Shown here in pieces: positions 1 through 9,543 of a stretch of DNA of 61,458 bases (the stretch's first letter is position 1; every line of letters starts with the position of its first letter). The notes beneath the pieces are model-generated. The model was not told the origin of the DNA and did not search any database. It worked only from the letters and a program-made list of their open reading frames with translations. The stretch is taken from assembly GCA_947625185.1 (NCBI GenBank), contig CANQNJ010000004.1, forward strand, positions 1 to 61,458, in the 5' to 3' direction. Source of the DNA: an uncultured Clostridia bacterium. GTDB taxonomy: Bacteria > Bacillota > Clostridia > Christensenellales > CAG-314. A program made the translations under genes and the position numbers.

Positions 1-279
1 CGAGCACCGCAGAGCAAGAGTGCAGGCTAACGGCCTGTGAAGGCGACTTCAAGGAAAGTGCAACAGAAATATACCGCAGCGGCAACGCTGTAAGGGTGAA
101 ATTGCAGGGTAAGAGCCTACATACGCATTGGTGACAATGCGTGCATGTAAACCCCACTCGGTGCAAGAAATGAGATCAAATACCTGCTCGGTATCTCGAT
201 ATGTTCGCTGGAGACTGTCGGTAACGGCAGCCGTAGACAGATAACCGTCCAATACAGAACTCGGCTTACAGACTGAACT
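1..279 (+). ncRNA. rnpB: RNase P RNA (type A), 5' end truncated by window edge
   Basis: Contains hallmark segments AAGTGCAACAGAAA, GGGTGAAA, GGTAAGAGC, GTAAACCCC and the 3' ACAGAACTCGGCTTA. Confidence 0.93.
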
Positions 280-291
280 CTTACATTCGTC

Positions 292-328
292 AAGTCCCTC
301 GGGCAAAATCCGCGGGACTTGTTTTTTT
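292..328 (+). terminator. Intrinsic terminator after rnpB
   Basis: AAGTCCCtCGG..CCGcGGGACTT hairpin followed by a T-run. Confidence 0.7.
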
Positions 329-476
329 GCGGTTCGGGCGGCAAGGCGTGCAGTGCAATGCCGAAAACAAGGCGTTTGTTCGCTGCGTCGGTGCAAAGCC
401 GTTGTCTTGTCGCAGGTAACTTCGGGCTGTATTTTTGTTGCCAAAAATCGCTTTATTTGATACAATTAACTAAATT

Positions 477-1328
477 ATGGAAATCATCGGTCTCAACAAC
501 GTCAGCTATTACTACAAGTCCTACAACGACGACGGTTCCGTCGGTTCGGCTATCGGCGTCGAGGGCGTCACTCTCTCTGTGGAAGAGGGAGCTTTCGTCG
601 CGCTTGTGGGACACAACGGCTGCGGTAAGAGTACTCTTGCCAAGCTGCTCAACGGCTTGCTTATCCCCAAGAGCGGAACTGTCACGGTCAACGGTCTCGG
701 CACCGCCGACAAGGACAACTTGTTCGATATTCGCAAAAGCGTCGGAATGGTATTTCAGAATCCCGACAATCAGATGGTGGCAAGCATTGTGGAAGAGGAC
801 GTGGCTTTCGGACCGGAAAACCTGGGCGTTCCGCAGAAAGAAATAGTCCAACGCGTTGCCGAGGCTTTGGAAGCGGTAGGTATGAGCGAATATGCCAAGA
901 GGTCTCCGCACAGACTCAGCGGCGGACAGAAGCAGCGTATAGCCATTGCGGGTGCGCTTGCCATTCGTCCCAAGGTGTTGGTTCTGGACGAATCCACCGC
1001 GATGTTGGATCCTCTCGGACGCAAGGAAGTATTGGACGTCGCGCACAAGCTCAATGCACAGGGAATGACGGTGATATTGATAACGCATTTTATGGAAGAA
1101 GTGCTGGATTGCGATACCGTCGTGGTAATGAACGCGGGTCACGTCGTGAGGACGGGTACGCCCGACGAGATATTCGATGACGTGCGTTTGCTCGACGACG
1201 TGGGACTGAAACCGCCCCGCACCGTGCAATTGGCGCGTAAGTTGAAGGACGCGGGCTTCGACGTGAACGAACACGAGCGTTCCGCGCACGATTTGGGAGG
1301 TGACGTATGTCGAAATCTCGCAAAGTGA
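477..1328 (+). CDS. ecfA1: Energy-coupling factor transporter ATPase A1
   Basis: Walker A GHNGCGKS, VFQNPDNQ Q-loop, LSGGQ, DESTAMLDP; operon with ecfA2/ecfT/truA. Confidence 0.93.
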   Translation: MEIIGLNNVSYYYKSYNDDGSVGSAIGVEGVTLSVEEGAFVALVGHNGCGKSTLAKLLNGLLIPKSGTVTVNGLGTADKDNLFDIRKSVGMVFQNPDNQMVASIVEEDVAFGPENLGVPQKEIVQRVAEALEAVGMSEYAKRSPHRLSGGQKQRIAIAGALAIRPKVLVLDESTAMLDPLGRKEVLDVAHKLNAQGMTVILITHFMEEVLDCDTVVVMNAGHVVRTGTPDEIFDDVRLLDDVGLKPPRTVQLARKLKDAGFDVNEHERSAHDLGGDVCRNLAK

Positions 1329-2218
1329 CGCCTCCCGTAACGGACGTCCCGTCGGACGCCGCCATATACGCTCGCGATCTCAATTTTACTTATAACGCCA
1401 AGTCCGATTTCGCCAAGCACGCGTTGGTGGATATAAATCTTACCGTCAACAAGGGCGAGTTCGTCGCCGTTGTGGGACATACGGGCAGCGGCAAAACGAC
1501 TTTCGTGCAGCATCTTAACGCCCTCATACGCGTGCAGAGCGGATTTCTTTCCGTACTCGGTAACGATCTCTCCGTCAAGAAGCCCGATCTCAAAGCGCTG
1601 CGGCGCGAGGTGGGGATGGTTTTTCAGTATCCCGAGTATCAACTTTTTGCCGATACGGTATTGGAGGACGTTTGTTTCGGACTGAAAAACTTCGGCATAG
1701 ACAAGGACAAGCGCGAACAAATGGCGAAAGACGCATTGGAACTTGTGGGATTGGATTACGAACAGATCAAGTCCAAGTCCCCCTTCGATCTGTCCGGCGG
1801 CGAGAAGCGCCGCGTGGCGCTTGCTGGGGTGCTTGCGATGAAGCCGCACATTCTGGTTATGGACGAGCCGACGGCGGGTCTCGATCCGCGCGGCAAGTCC
1901 GAGGTGCTTGATTTGGTGGGCAAACTCAACAGGGACGAAGGCGTTACCGTTATTATGGTTTCGCACGATATGAACGAGGTGTACGAGAATGCCGATCGGG
2001 TATTGGTATTTCGAGAAGGCAATCTCGCTTACGATATGGCTCCGCGGGATTTGTTCCGAATGGAGGAAGAGATAAGGTCGATGAACCTCGAAGTCCCCGC
2101 CATGGCTGCATTTTGCAACGAGTTGGAACGGCAGGGGTATCCTTTGCCGGATAGTTGCCGAACGGTGGACGATGTGTTTGCCGCCGTGCTTAAATTCAAG
2201 GAGACGCGAGATGTTTAG
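1307..2218 (+). CDS. ecfA2: Energy-coupling factor transporter ATPase A2
   Basis: GHTGSGKT, VFQYPEYQLF, LSGGEKRR, DEPTAGLDP. Confidence 0.93.
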   Translation: MSKSRKVTPPVTDVPSDAAIYARDLNFTYNAKSDFAKHALVDINLTVNKGEFVAVVGHTGSGKTTFVQHLNALIRVQSGFLSVLGNDLSVKKPDLKALRREVGMVFQYPEYQLFADTVLEDVCFGLKNFGIDKDKREQMAKDALELVGLDYEQIKSKSPFDLSGGEKRRVALAGVLAMKPHILVMDEPTAGLDPRGKSEVLDLVGKLNRDEGVTVIMVSHDMNEVYENADRVLVFREGNLAYDMAPRDLFRMEEEIRSMNLEVPAMAAFCNELERQGYPLPDSCRTVDDVFAAVLKFKETRDV

Positions 2219-3056
2219 AGACGTAACTTTCGGTCAATATTATCCCGCCGATTCCTTTGTACACAGGATGGACGCCCGCGTCAAATTGGTATTGACGCTG
2301 CTGTTTATGGTGGGCATATTCTTCGTGCAGAGCTTTGCCGTATTCGGATTTGTAACGGTGTTTTTGCTTGCGGTCATATTGATATCCCGCGTGCCGTTGA
2401 GATCTATACTCAAATCCGTCAAGGGCATAGTGGTTCTGCTTATTTTTACCGCCATACTCAACGTGTTCTTCACCAAGGGCGCCGAGGGCGAACAGCCGTT
2501 GTGGTCCTGGTGGAAGATAGAGATATACGTTCTCGGTCTCAAAAACGCCGCCAAGATTTTTTTGCGTTTGGTGTATCTTGTCATCGGGTCGTGCGTACTG
2601 ACGTTGACCACGACGCCGGTGGATCTGACTCACGCGGTGGAGAGTCTGCTCAAACCGTTGAGAGTCATCAAGTTTCCCGTACACGAGTTTGCGCTGATAA
2701 TGAGCCTTACGCTCAGCTTTATCCCGAGTCTCATCGACGAGACGGATCGCATTATACGCGCGCAGAAGGCGCGCGGCGCAGACTTCGACACGGGCGGACT
2801 CGTCAAGCGTGCAAAAGCGTTTGTCCCGATACTCATTCCCCTGCTTGTGGGCGGTTTTCGCCGCGCGGAAGAACTTGCCAACGCAATGAACAGCCGCTGT
2901 TACGAGGGCGCGACCAAGCGTACCTGTATGCGCGTTATGAAGTTGACCTGGCGGGACTATGTCGCATCGCTTATCGTCGCGGCGTTCTTTGCGGGGGTAT
3001 TTCTGCTGTACGGTATGGCAGACAAGTGGGGCGGAATAATCTGGCTGTATTATTAA
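2211..3056 (+). CDS. ecfT: ECF transporter transmembrane component T
   Basis: GQYYPADSFVHRMDAR N-terminus, AQKARG and AMNSRCY motifs, hydrophobic helices; ATG 2211 after GGAG. Confidence 0.92.
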   Translation: MFRDVTFGQYYPADSFVHRMDARVKLVLTLLFMVGIFFVQSFAVFGFVTVFLLAVILISRVPLRSILKSVKGIVVLLIFTAILNVFFTKGAEGEQPLWSWWKIEIYVLGLKNAAKIFLRLVYLVIGSCVLTLTTTPVDLTHAVESLLKPLRVIKFPVHEFALIMSLTLSFIPSLIDETDRIIRAQKARGADFDTGGLVKRAKAFVPILIPLLVGGFRRAEELANAMNSRCYEGATKRTCMRVMKLTWRDYVASLIVAAFFAGVFLLYGMADKWGGIIWLYY

Positions 3057-3078
3057 AAGCGAGTTTCGGTATCGTCAT

Positions 3079-3813
3079 ATGACCAAGATCAAGCTTACAA
3101 TCGAATATATAGGCACGGATTTTTGCGGTTGGCAAAGTCAGACCAACGGCGTCTCCGTTCAGGATACGGTAGAGCGCGCACTCGGCAAGTATTTCGATAC
3201 GGATCCCGTACGCGTTTATGCCGCCGGCCGCACCGACACGGGCGTACACGCCAAGGGACAGGTGGCGCATTTCGTCACGGATAAGGCGGTCGATTGCTAC
3301 AAGTTGTGCCTCGGACTCAACACCTATTTGCCGAGTACCGTCGCGGTAATTTCGGCGGAGAAGGCGGAAGAGGACTTCGACGCACGTTTTTCCGCGCAAT
3401 CCAAGACGTATTGTTACCGTTTGTATTGCTCGCCCGTACGCAGACCGCTTTTGGACGTCGATCACGCACAGGTATACAGGCGTTTGGACGTTGCGGCGAT
3501 GAAGCAAGCCGCGGCTTTGCTCGTGGGTACGCACGACTTTGCCGCTTTTCAGAAGGCGGGCAGCAATCTCAACGGCACCGTGCGTACGATAAACAGTTTT
3601 CAAGTGACGGACAACGGCGACGACACCATTCTGTTTACGGTAAACGGCAACGCGTTTTTGTACAATCAGGTGCGCCTGATGTGCGGTTTGTTGGTAGCGG
3701 TGGGCAAGGGCAAGTACGACCTTGACGACGTGCGCGCCATGCTCGGCGGAACTCGTCTTGCCGTCCGTACTATGCCTGCCGTAGGTCTCACATTGGAACG
3801 CGTTTATTATTGA
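3079..3813 (+). CDS. truA: tRNA pseudouridine(38-40) synthase
   Basis: EYIGTDFCGWQ, AGRTDTGVHAKGQ, FLYNQVR motifs. Confidence 0.95.
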   Translation: MTKIKLTIEYIGTDFCGWQSQTNGVSVQDTVERALGKYFDTDPVRVYAAGRTDTGVHAKGQVAHFVTDKAVDCYKLCLGLNTYLPSTVAVISAEKAEEDFDARFSAQSKTYCYRLYCSPVRRPLLDVDHAQVYRRLDVAAMKQAAALLVGTHDFAAFQKAGSNLNGTVRTINSFQVTDNGDDTILFTVNGNAFLYNQVRLMCGLLVAVGKGKYDLDDVRAMLGGTRLAVRTMPAVGLTLERVYY

Positions 3814-3831
3814 CGGAATACGAGGTAAGAA

Positions 3832-4176
3832 ATGAAAAAGGAAAAAATCATTCTTCGGACGTTTTTTTATCTGCTGATTGCGGTTATGGCGGCGTGCGTT
3901 GTCACGGCGGGCTGTCTGTATGCACATCATCCCGTCGCAAGTTATTGTCTGTTCGGCGGCGCGGGCGCGGCGTTGCTCGCGCAGTTGTTCATCGCGCTGG
4001 GCGTCACTCTTGACGGCAAGCGTAAGTTCAACGGCTTTGCGCAGTGGGCAACCTCTTGGGAAGTGTCTGCCGCCATCGTATTGATCGTTGCGCTTTTGCC
4101 ATTGCTGCTCATATTGTTCGCCGCGGGCAGCATACGCACCCGTATGCTCGATCGGCAAGCCGATTCCGACAAGTGA
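3832..4176 (+). CDS. Small hypothetical membrane protein
   Basis: GAGG RBS, about three hydrophobic segments, co-directional with truA. Confidence 0.65.
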   Translation: MKKEKIILRTFFYLLIAVMAACVVTAGCLYAHHPVASYCLFGGAGAALLAQLFIALGVTLDGKRKFNGFAQWATSWEVSAAIVLIVALLPLLLILFAAGSIRTRMLDRQADSDK

Positions 4177-4316
4177 CCGTCGCCTCGCCGCAGCGAATTT
4201 GCGGATGTCTTGCGATATTTTCGTTCGGTAACGGCTTCTGTTCAAAATGTTTTATAGTATAATGACGGTGTTCTTTACGCAAACTACCTCCGAAAAGAAT
4301 ATTCGGAGGTATTTTT

Positions 4317-4766
4317 ATGAAAAAAATTATAAGAACGGTATTTCTCGTAATGGCAATAGCGTTGGCTGTGTATGCGCTTGTCGCATGCGGCATTTCCAAC
4401 AACCCCAAGAAAGCCAAGGAAGCGCTTGAAGACAAGCAGTACACAGTAGAGACTATCATAGGCGACAACGACCTTGACGCTCAGGCGGAGTTGGACAGCA
4501 TGAGCGACGAAATGCACATTACCGCGGGCGACCTTGTGGCAATGCTTGCCGCTTACAAGGGCGGAACGGACGATATGGCGCAGGACTTCATTTACATTTA
4601 TTATTTCAAGGACGGCTCCGTCGCAAATAAATTCTGGGACGCCAACAAGAAAGAGATAGAGGACCTCGGCGCTACCGAATATAAGGACGTCGAAGGTTTT
4701 GAAATCAAGAAGCAAGGCTCGGTGGTGTATTTCGGCACGAAGCAGGCAATTTCCGACGCAATGTAA
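4317..4766 (+). CDS. Hypothetical lipoprotein
   Basis: MKK + hydrophobic stretch + lipobox LVA|C; GGAGG RBS. Confidence 0.75.
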   Translation: MKKIIRTVFLVMAIALAVYALVACGISNNPKKAKEALEDKQYTVETIIGDNDLDAQAELDSMSDEMHITAGDLVAMLAAYKGGTDDMAQDFIYIYYFKDGSVANKFWDANKKEIEDLGATEYKDVEGFEIKKQGSVVYFGTKQAISDAM

Positions 4767-5134
4767 ATTCATAGAAAACATTTTACTTGCCCGTTAAAAT
4801 TTGCTACGGTTCAGACAAGGTGATTGCCTCTGATGAACAAGTGGAAGGTTTCTTAAATGACAATCAAGGAACCGTTTGGAATGATGACCACAATGAACCT
4901 ATTATTTGGCAATAGCCTATATAAGTACAATAAGTCGATAATGATAGGGTATTTATATTTAGTTAGAGGTTTAGCGGACAAATATGAACCCAAGAAGATA
5001 AAATATTAAAAATCACCATATGTGGTGCAAAAAAACAAGGTCTTGCAACAATGCAAGTCCTTGTTTGCTTTTGATAACGATATGACTAAGATATAATCAA
5101 AATTATAAATACTGCTTTTTACAAACAAGTATGT

Positions 5135-5260
5135 ATTTGACGGTGGAGAGGCAAGGTAGGCGAGGCAGGTGCGGATTGCCCAAGGGAGCATACCGAGCGT
5201 ATGTGACCGCAGGACAAACGCAAACCTAACAACGCATACCGCGTCTATACGCCGTCAAAT
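5135..5260. repeat. ~125-bp hairpin-rich element with 9-bp terminal inverted repeats (ATTTGACGG/CCGTCAAAT)
   Basis: TIRs seen directly; internal hairpin CATAC-cgagc-GTATG; overlaps the aminopeptidase stop codon. Confidence 0.4.
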
Positions 5261-6487
5261 CACCCATTCTCCATCGCGGAACAACGCTACCACGCTGCCG
5301 TCGTAACCGATACCGTCGATGTCAATATCCTTGGTCCCCACCATAAAGTCAACGTGTTGCAGGCTTTGGTTCATACCGTGTTCGGCAAGCTGCCGTTCCG
5401 TCATATCGTTGCCGCCCTTGACGGTTGTGGGATAGCTCGCGCCGAAAGCGAGGTGACAGCTTGCATTCTCGTCGAACAGCGTATTGTAGAAGAGTATGCC
5501 GCTTTCCGCAATGGGGGAGTGTTTGCCGATGAGGGCGATCTCGCCGAGGCTAAGCACGCCTTCGTCGGTCGTCAGGATATTCTTCAACGCTTCGTAGCCG
5601 ACTTTTGCCTTGTAGTCTACCACGCGTCCCGCCTCGAAGGTGATCTCGAAGTCGTCAATCACGTTGCCGTTATTGACAAGCGGAAGGGCGTTTACCACTT
5701 TGCCGTCTATCTTTCTGTTGTGCGGCGCGGTAAATATCTCTTCGGTAGGCATATTGGCGGTAAACGGAATGCCGTCTTGTCCGAGTTCCTCGGCGGCGAT
5801 CCATTGATGATCCGTTGCAAGACCGACGCGCAGATCGGTGCCGCGGCGGTTGGTAAGATGGATATATTCGAAGTTGTGTTCGTTGAGGAAGGCGGCGCGG
5901 CGGTGCAGCGTATCGATGTGCCGTCTCCACGCTTCCGTCGGATCGTCGGTGTCCAGACGCATGATGTGACCTATCGCGTTCCACATTTTGTCCGCAGCCT
6001 CTTCGGGATCGGCATCGGGAAAAACTTGTTTTGCCCACGCACGGGTGGGTATGGATACTATCGTCCAGCGCAGCAGGTTGCTCATTGTCGCCGCGCGGAA
6101 TTCTTTGTTGGCTTGCATCGAAGCAAGGCTGCTTGCCTTCATTTTGTCGGGATCGCAGCCCTTCATAATGTTCGGGTCGCCCGCGGATATGCTTATCAGG
6201 CATACTTTGTGTTCTATGTAGTATTTGTTTTGCGCAAGGAGATATTCCGGCACTTCCGTAAGCGCCTCTTTGCTTGCGCCCAGCATATTTATGCGGCCGA
6301 GTACCTCGTCGCGCCATTGCATATGCACAAATTTCGCTCCGAACCGGTACGCTTTCTCGGCGATAAGGTGCGCAAATTCGGCGCACTGCACGTCGCAGCG
6401 AATAACTACTTCCTGACCTTTTTGCATATTTGCGCCCACGCGGACGGCAAGTTCGGCAAAGTTTTGCAATTGTTTTTGATTAAGCAT
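5255..6487 (-). CDS. pepS: Aminopeptidase, M29 (PepS/AmpT) family
   Basis: ANMPTEEIFTAP, LGEIALI, NTLFDENASCHLAFG, HVDFM motifs; start MLNQKQL after GAGG. Confidence 0.9.
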   Translation of the reverse strand: MLNQKQLQNFAELAVRVGANMQKGQEVVIRCDVQCAEFAHLIAEKAYRFGAKFVHMQWRDEVLGRINMLGASKEALTEVPEYLLAQNKYYIEHKVCLISISAGDPNIMKGCDPDKMKASSLASMQANKEFRAATMSNLLRWTIVSIPTRAWAKQVFPDADPEEAADKMWNAIGHIMRLDTDDPTEAWRRHIDTLHRRAAFLNEHNFEYIHLTNRRGTDLRVGLATDHQWIAAEELGQDGIPFTANMPTEEIFTAPHNRKIDGKVVNALPLVNNGNVIDDFEITFEAGRVVDYKAKVGYEALKNILTTDEGVLSLGEIALIGKHSPIAESGILFYNTLFDENASCHLAFGASYPTTVKGGNDMTERQLAEHGMNQSLQHVDFMVGTKDIDIDGIGYDGSVVALFRDGEWVI

Positions 6488-6619
6488 ACAAATACCTCTG
6501 TGTAGTAAAATTTTTTCTCGGATCCGCGTCGCGGCATAGTTGTTGTTGCCGCCCGAGCGCGGATTTGATGTTTTTACCAATTATACAACTATCGCGCTTA
6601 CAAAGTCAATCAAACGTCA

Positions 6620-6648
6620 TTGTCAAACGGCAATATTTGTAGTATAAT
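6620..6648 (+). promoter_or_regulatory. sigma-A promoter of cyclophilin gene
   Basis: TTGTCA-17-TATAAT. Confidence 0.65.
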
Positions 6649-6838
6649 TATCATTGATTTTCAATTGCGGACGAGTCGGCGCGCGGTATATCCGGCTGTA
6701 TGCGTGTGCAATGTTTTTTATGGCTGCTTGTCGAGATGTCCGTCGGGCAAGGGCATTGCGCATATGTCCCGTTTCAACGATTATTATGTCCCGCGCGCGT
6801 CAGGTTTGGCGTACGTTCGGACGAAAGGAGCAATATAT

Positions 6839-7366
6839 ATGTCAACTATCAATCCTACTGCGGTCATTACTATGCAAAACGGCAAACGTATCACGTTGGA
6901 GCTGTATCCCGACGCGGCGCCCAATACCGTCAATAACTTTATCGCCCTTGCCAACGGCGGATTTTACGACGGGCTTATATTTCATCGCGTCATACGCGAC
7001 TTTATGATCCAGGGCGGCTGTCCGCAGGGTACGGGCACGGGCGGTCCGGGGTATTGCATTGTCGGCGAATTTTCTCAGAACGGGTACGACGGCAATTATC
7101 TCAGACACGAGCGCGGCGTTATCAGTATGGCGCGCGCAATGGACCCCGACAGCGCGGGCAGTCAGTTCTTTATTATGCACCGAGATGCTCCGCACCTTGA
7201 CGGCGCTTACGCCGCATTCGGCAGAGTTACCGACGGTATGGACGTGGTGGACGAGATCGCCGACGAGTACACCGATTATCGCGACCGTCCCTATTCCGAG
7301 CAGAAGATGGCGTCCGTTCGCGTCGATACTCACGGAGTCGCCTATCCCGCCCCCGAGAAGCGCTGA
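6839..7366 (+). CDS. ppiB: Cyclophilin-type peptidyl-prolyl cis-trans isomerase
   Basis: FHRVIRDFMIQGG, ISMARA, SAGSQFFI, HLDGAYAAFG; AAGGAG RBS. Confidence 0.92.
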   Translation: MSTINPTAVITMQNGKRITLELYPDAAPNTVNNFIALANGGFYDGLIFHRVIRDFMIQGGCPQGTGTGGPGYCIVGEFSQNGYDGNYLRHERGVISMARAMDPDSAGSQFFIMHRDAPHLDGAYAAFGRVTDGMDVVDEIADEYTDYRDRPYSEQKMASVRVDTHGVAYPAPEKR

Positions 7367-7486
7367 CCTTTGTCTTGCGCTCGCGCCGATATCCCGCTTT
7401 GCGCGACAGCCTTTGCACTTTGCAATGCGCCCAAGCCTGCCCTTTTTCGGACGGGCTTTTTTGTGACCATTTCGCCTGCTTAAATA

Positions 7487-7515
7487 TTGCAATAATATTT
7501 TTCTTGTGTTATACT
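7487..7515 (+). promoter_or_regulatory. sigma-A promoter of R-M island
   Basis: TTGCAA-17-TATACT with extended TG. Confidence 0.65.
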
Positions 7516-7551
7516 GTATTTGTAGAAGTTTATGATAAACGGAAATTCTTA

Positions 7552-8880
7552 ATGAACAAAGCAGATATCAAAGAAAATTACATAATCAAGATCGACCGCG
7601 AATTGTTATCCGTATTACTCAAAGATCGCAGTTCCGGCAAAAATATCATTTGGGCTACGGATGACTATGCCCGCAGGGGCGAGATGTACCTTGCAAATGA
7701 GCAAATTACCGTTAGATCCGTCAGCGGGCATAACGGCAACGTTATCAAACCTCGTATAGAGAAGTCTAAAAAGGAACAAGCATTTCGCATAAAAAACAAA
7801 GCCGAAGTTTTCACCCCGTCTTGGATATGCAACAAGCAAAATAACCTTGTGGATAACGCTTGGTTTGGGCGCGAAGGCGTTTTCAATACGGAAACAGACC
7901 AAACGTGGATTGCCACAACGGAAAAAATACCTTTTCCTGCTGCCGACGGCAAAACGTGGAAGGATTATGTCCGCGCAACTCGTCTGGAAATCACTTGCGG
8001 CGAAGCGCCCTATCTGGTCAGCCGTTACGATACGGTTACGGGCGAAAGCATAGATATCCCCTCCCGAATCGGACTGTTGGACAGAAAATTGCGCGTCGTT
8101 TGTGAAAATGTCGACAATGAGCAAGAATGGGTGGAGTGGGCGATTGCCGCTGTTCAAAGCGTTTACGGCTTTGATTGGCAGGGCGACAACGTTTTACTTG
8201 CGCGAGAAAACCTGCTGTTCACCTTTGCGGATTATTATTCTTACCAATTCGGGACCTGCCCTACAAATGAGAATTTGTTAAAAGTCGCGGATATTTTATC
8301 CTGGAATATCTGGCAGATGGACGGGCTGAAATTTGTAATTCCCAACAGCTGCAAGCCGACGCCGAGATTGCAAATGTCGATTTTCGACGACGAAGAACAG
8401 CAAGAAGAATGCGAAGGGTGCAAAACAGGAAACAATTCCAAGCATACAGGCACTTATTCAATAATAAAAGATTGGCAAACAAACAAAGCGATAAAGTTCT
8501 ACAATTTGCTCGGAGAAAAAAAGATGAAATTTGATTTTATAATAGGAAATCCGCCTTATAATACGGAAAGTGAAGGTGCAAAAATAGCCGACGATTCAAT
8601 TTACCACTATTTTATCGATATGGCATACAAGCTTTCAGATCGAGTGGCATTGATTACGCCCTCAAAATTTCTGTTTAACAATGGAAATACACCCACGGCG
8701 TGGAATAGAAAAATGCTTGAAGATGAGCATTTCAAAGTATTACTTTATGAACCAAACGCACAGAAAATTTTCCCCAATGTAACGTTTAGGGGGGGGTTGC
8801 CATTCACTACAGAGATAAAAATAAATATTTTGGCGCCATTCATCAATTTACTGAATTTAATGAACTCAATTCTATATTAA
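7552..8880 (+). CDS. N6-adenine DNA methyltransferase (Eco57I-like), 5' part, frameshifted at G8 tract
   Basis: EVFTP (motif X), LEITCGEAPYL (motif I-like), FDFIIGNPPY (motif IV); reading frame continues in -1 frame after 8796. Confidence 0.85.
   Translation: MNKADIKENYIIKIDRELLSVLLKDRSSGKNIIWATDDYARRGEMYLANEQITVRSVSGHNGNVIKPRIEKSKKEQAFRIKNKAEVFTPSWICNKQNNLVDNAWFGREGVFNTETDQTWIATTEKIPFPAADGKTWKDYVRATRLEITCGEAPYLVSRYDTVTGESIDIPSRIGLLDRKLRVVCENVDNEQEWVEWAIAAVQSVYGFDWQGDNVLLARENLLFTFADYYSYQFGTCPTNENLLKVADILSWNIWQMDGLKFVIPNSCKPTPRLQMSIFDDEEQQEECEGCKTGNNSKHTGTYSIIKDWQTNKAIKFYNLLGEKKMKFDFIIGNPPYNTESEGAKIADDSIYHYFIDMAYKLSDRVALITPSKFLFNNGNTPTAWNRKMLEDEHFKVLLYEPNAQKIFPNVTFRGGLPFTTEIKINILAPFINLLNLMNSILY
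8789..8796 (+). repeat. Poly-G (G8) tract at the MTase frameshift
   Basis: TTTA-GGGGGGGG-TTGCC; one extra G gives FRGGVAIHYRD... continuous into the 8922 ORF. Confidence 0.8.
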
Positions 8881-8921
8881 AAAAAGTTTTAGCTCTAAAA
8901 GAGCCATCTTTAACTACTATA

Positions 8922-9542
8922 ATGTACAATCAAAACAAATTCGTTTTGGATACATTATATTTAGATTATCCCGAATTAAAAACTGTAATCAGCAGCGACG
9001 GCAAAGAAAAAAGATTAACGAGCGGGTGTTTGAAATACAGTTGTTTCCATACAGATAAAATTGATAAAGACGATATTGAAATTTTAGGTGTAATCAATAA
9101 TAAGCGGACGAGATTGTTTGTTGGACGAAAGTATATTGAAATGCTGCATCCAAATCTTGAAAAATATAAGGTTATAGTGCCCGCGAATAATGGGTCTGGT
9201 GCCTTGGGAGAGGTATTATCTACGCCATTGATTGGCTCGCCATTGATTGGCTTTACACAAACGTTCATAAGCATTGGCGCATTTGACAATAGAGCAGAAT
9301 GCGAATGTGCATTCAAATATGTAAAATCAAAATTTTGCAGAGCAATGTTGGGTGTTCTTAAAATAACACAAAACGGCAAGAGAGAAATGTGGAAGTACGT
9401 TCCTATGCAAGATTTCACGTCAAATTCCGACATTGATTGGTCACAATCGGTGGCGGAAATTGACGTTCAATTATACAAGAAGTACGGGTTGGACGACAAG
9501 GAGATTTCCTTTATTGAATCTCACGTAAAGGAGATGAATTGA
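8922..9542 (+). CDS. Methyltransferase 3' part (target-recognition region) in shifted frame
   Basis: Frame is open from 8796; ends VPMQDFT..DIDWS..IDVQLYKKYGL..EISFIE, typical of Eco57I-type MTase C-termini. Confidence 0.75.
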   Translation: MYNQNKFVLDTLYLDYPELKTVISSDGKEKRLTSGCLKYSCFHTDKIDKDDIEILGVINNKRTRLFVGRKYIEMLHPNLEKYKVIVPANNGSGALGEVLSTPLIGSPLIGFTQTFISIGAFDNRAECECAFKYVKSKFCRAMLGVLKITQNGKREMWKYVPMQDFTSNSDIDWSQSVAEIDVQLYKKYGLDDKEISFIESHVKEMN

Positions 9543-9543
9543 C

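Noticed and set aside
4262-4290. Fluoride riboswitch from TGACGGTGTTC
   Set aside because: No complementary P1 strand and no 3' GCU(A/G)AUGAC motif; downstream gene is unrelated
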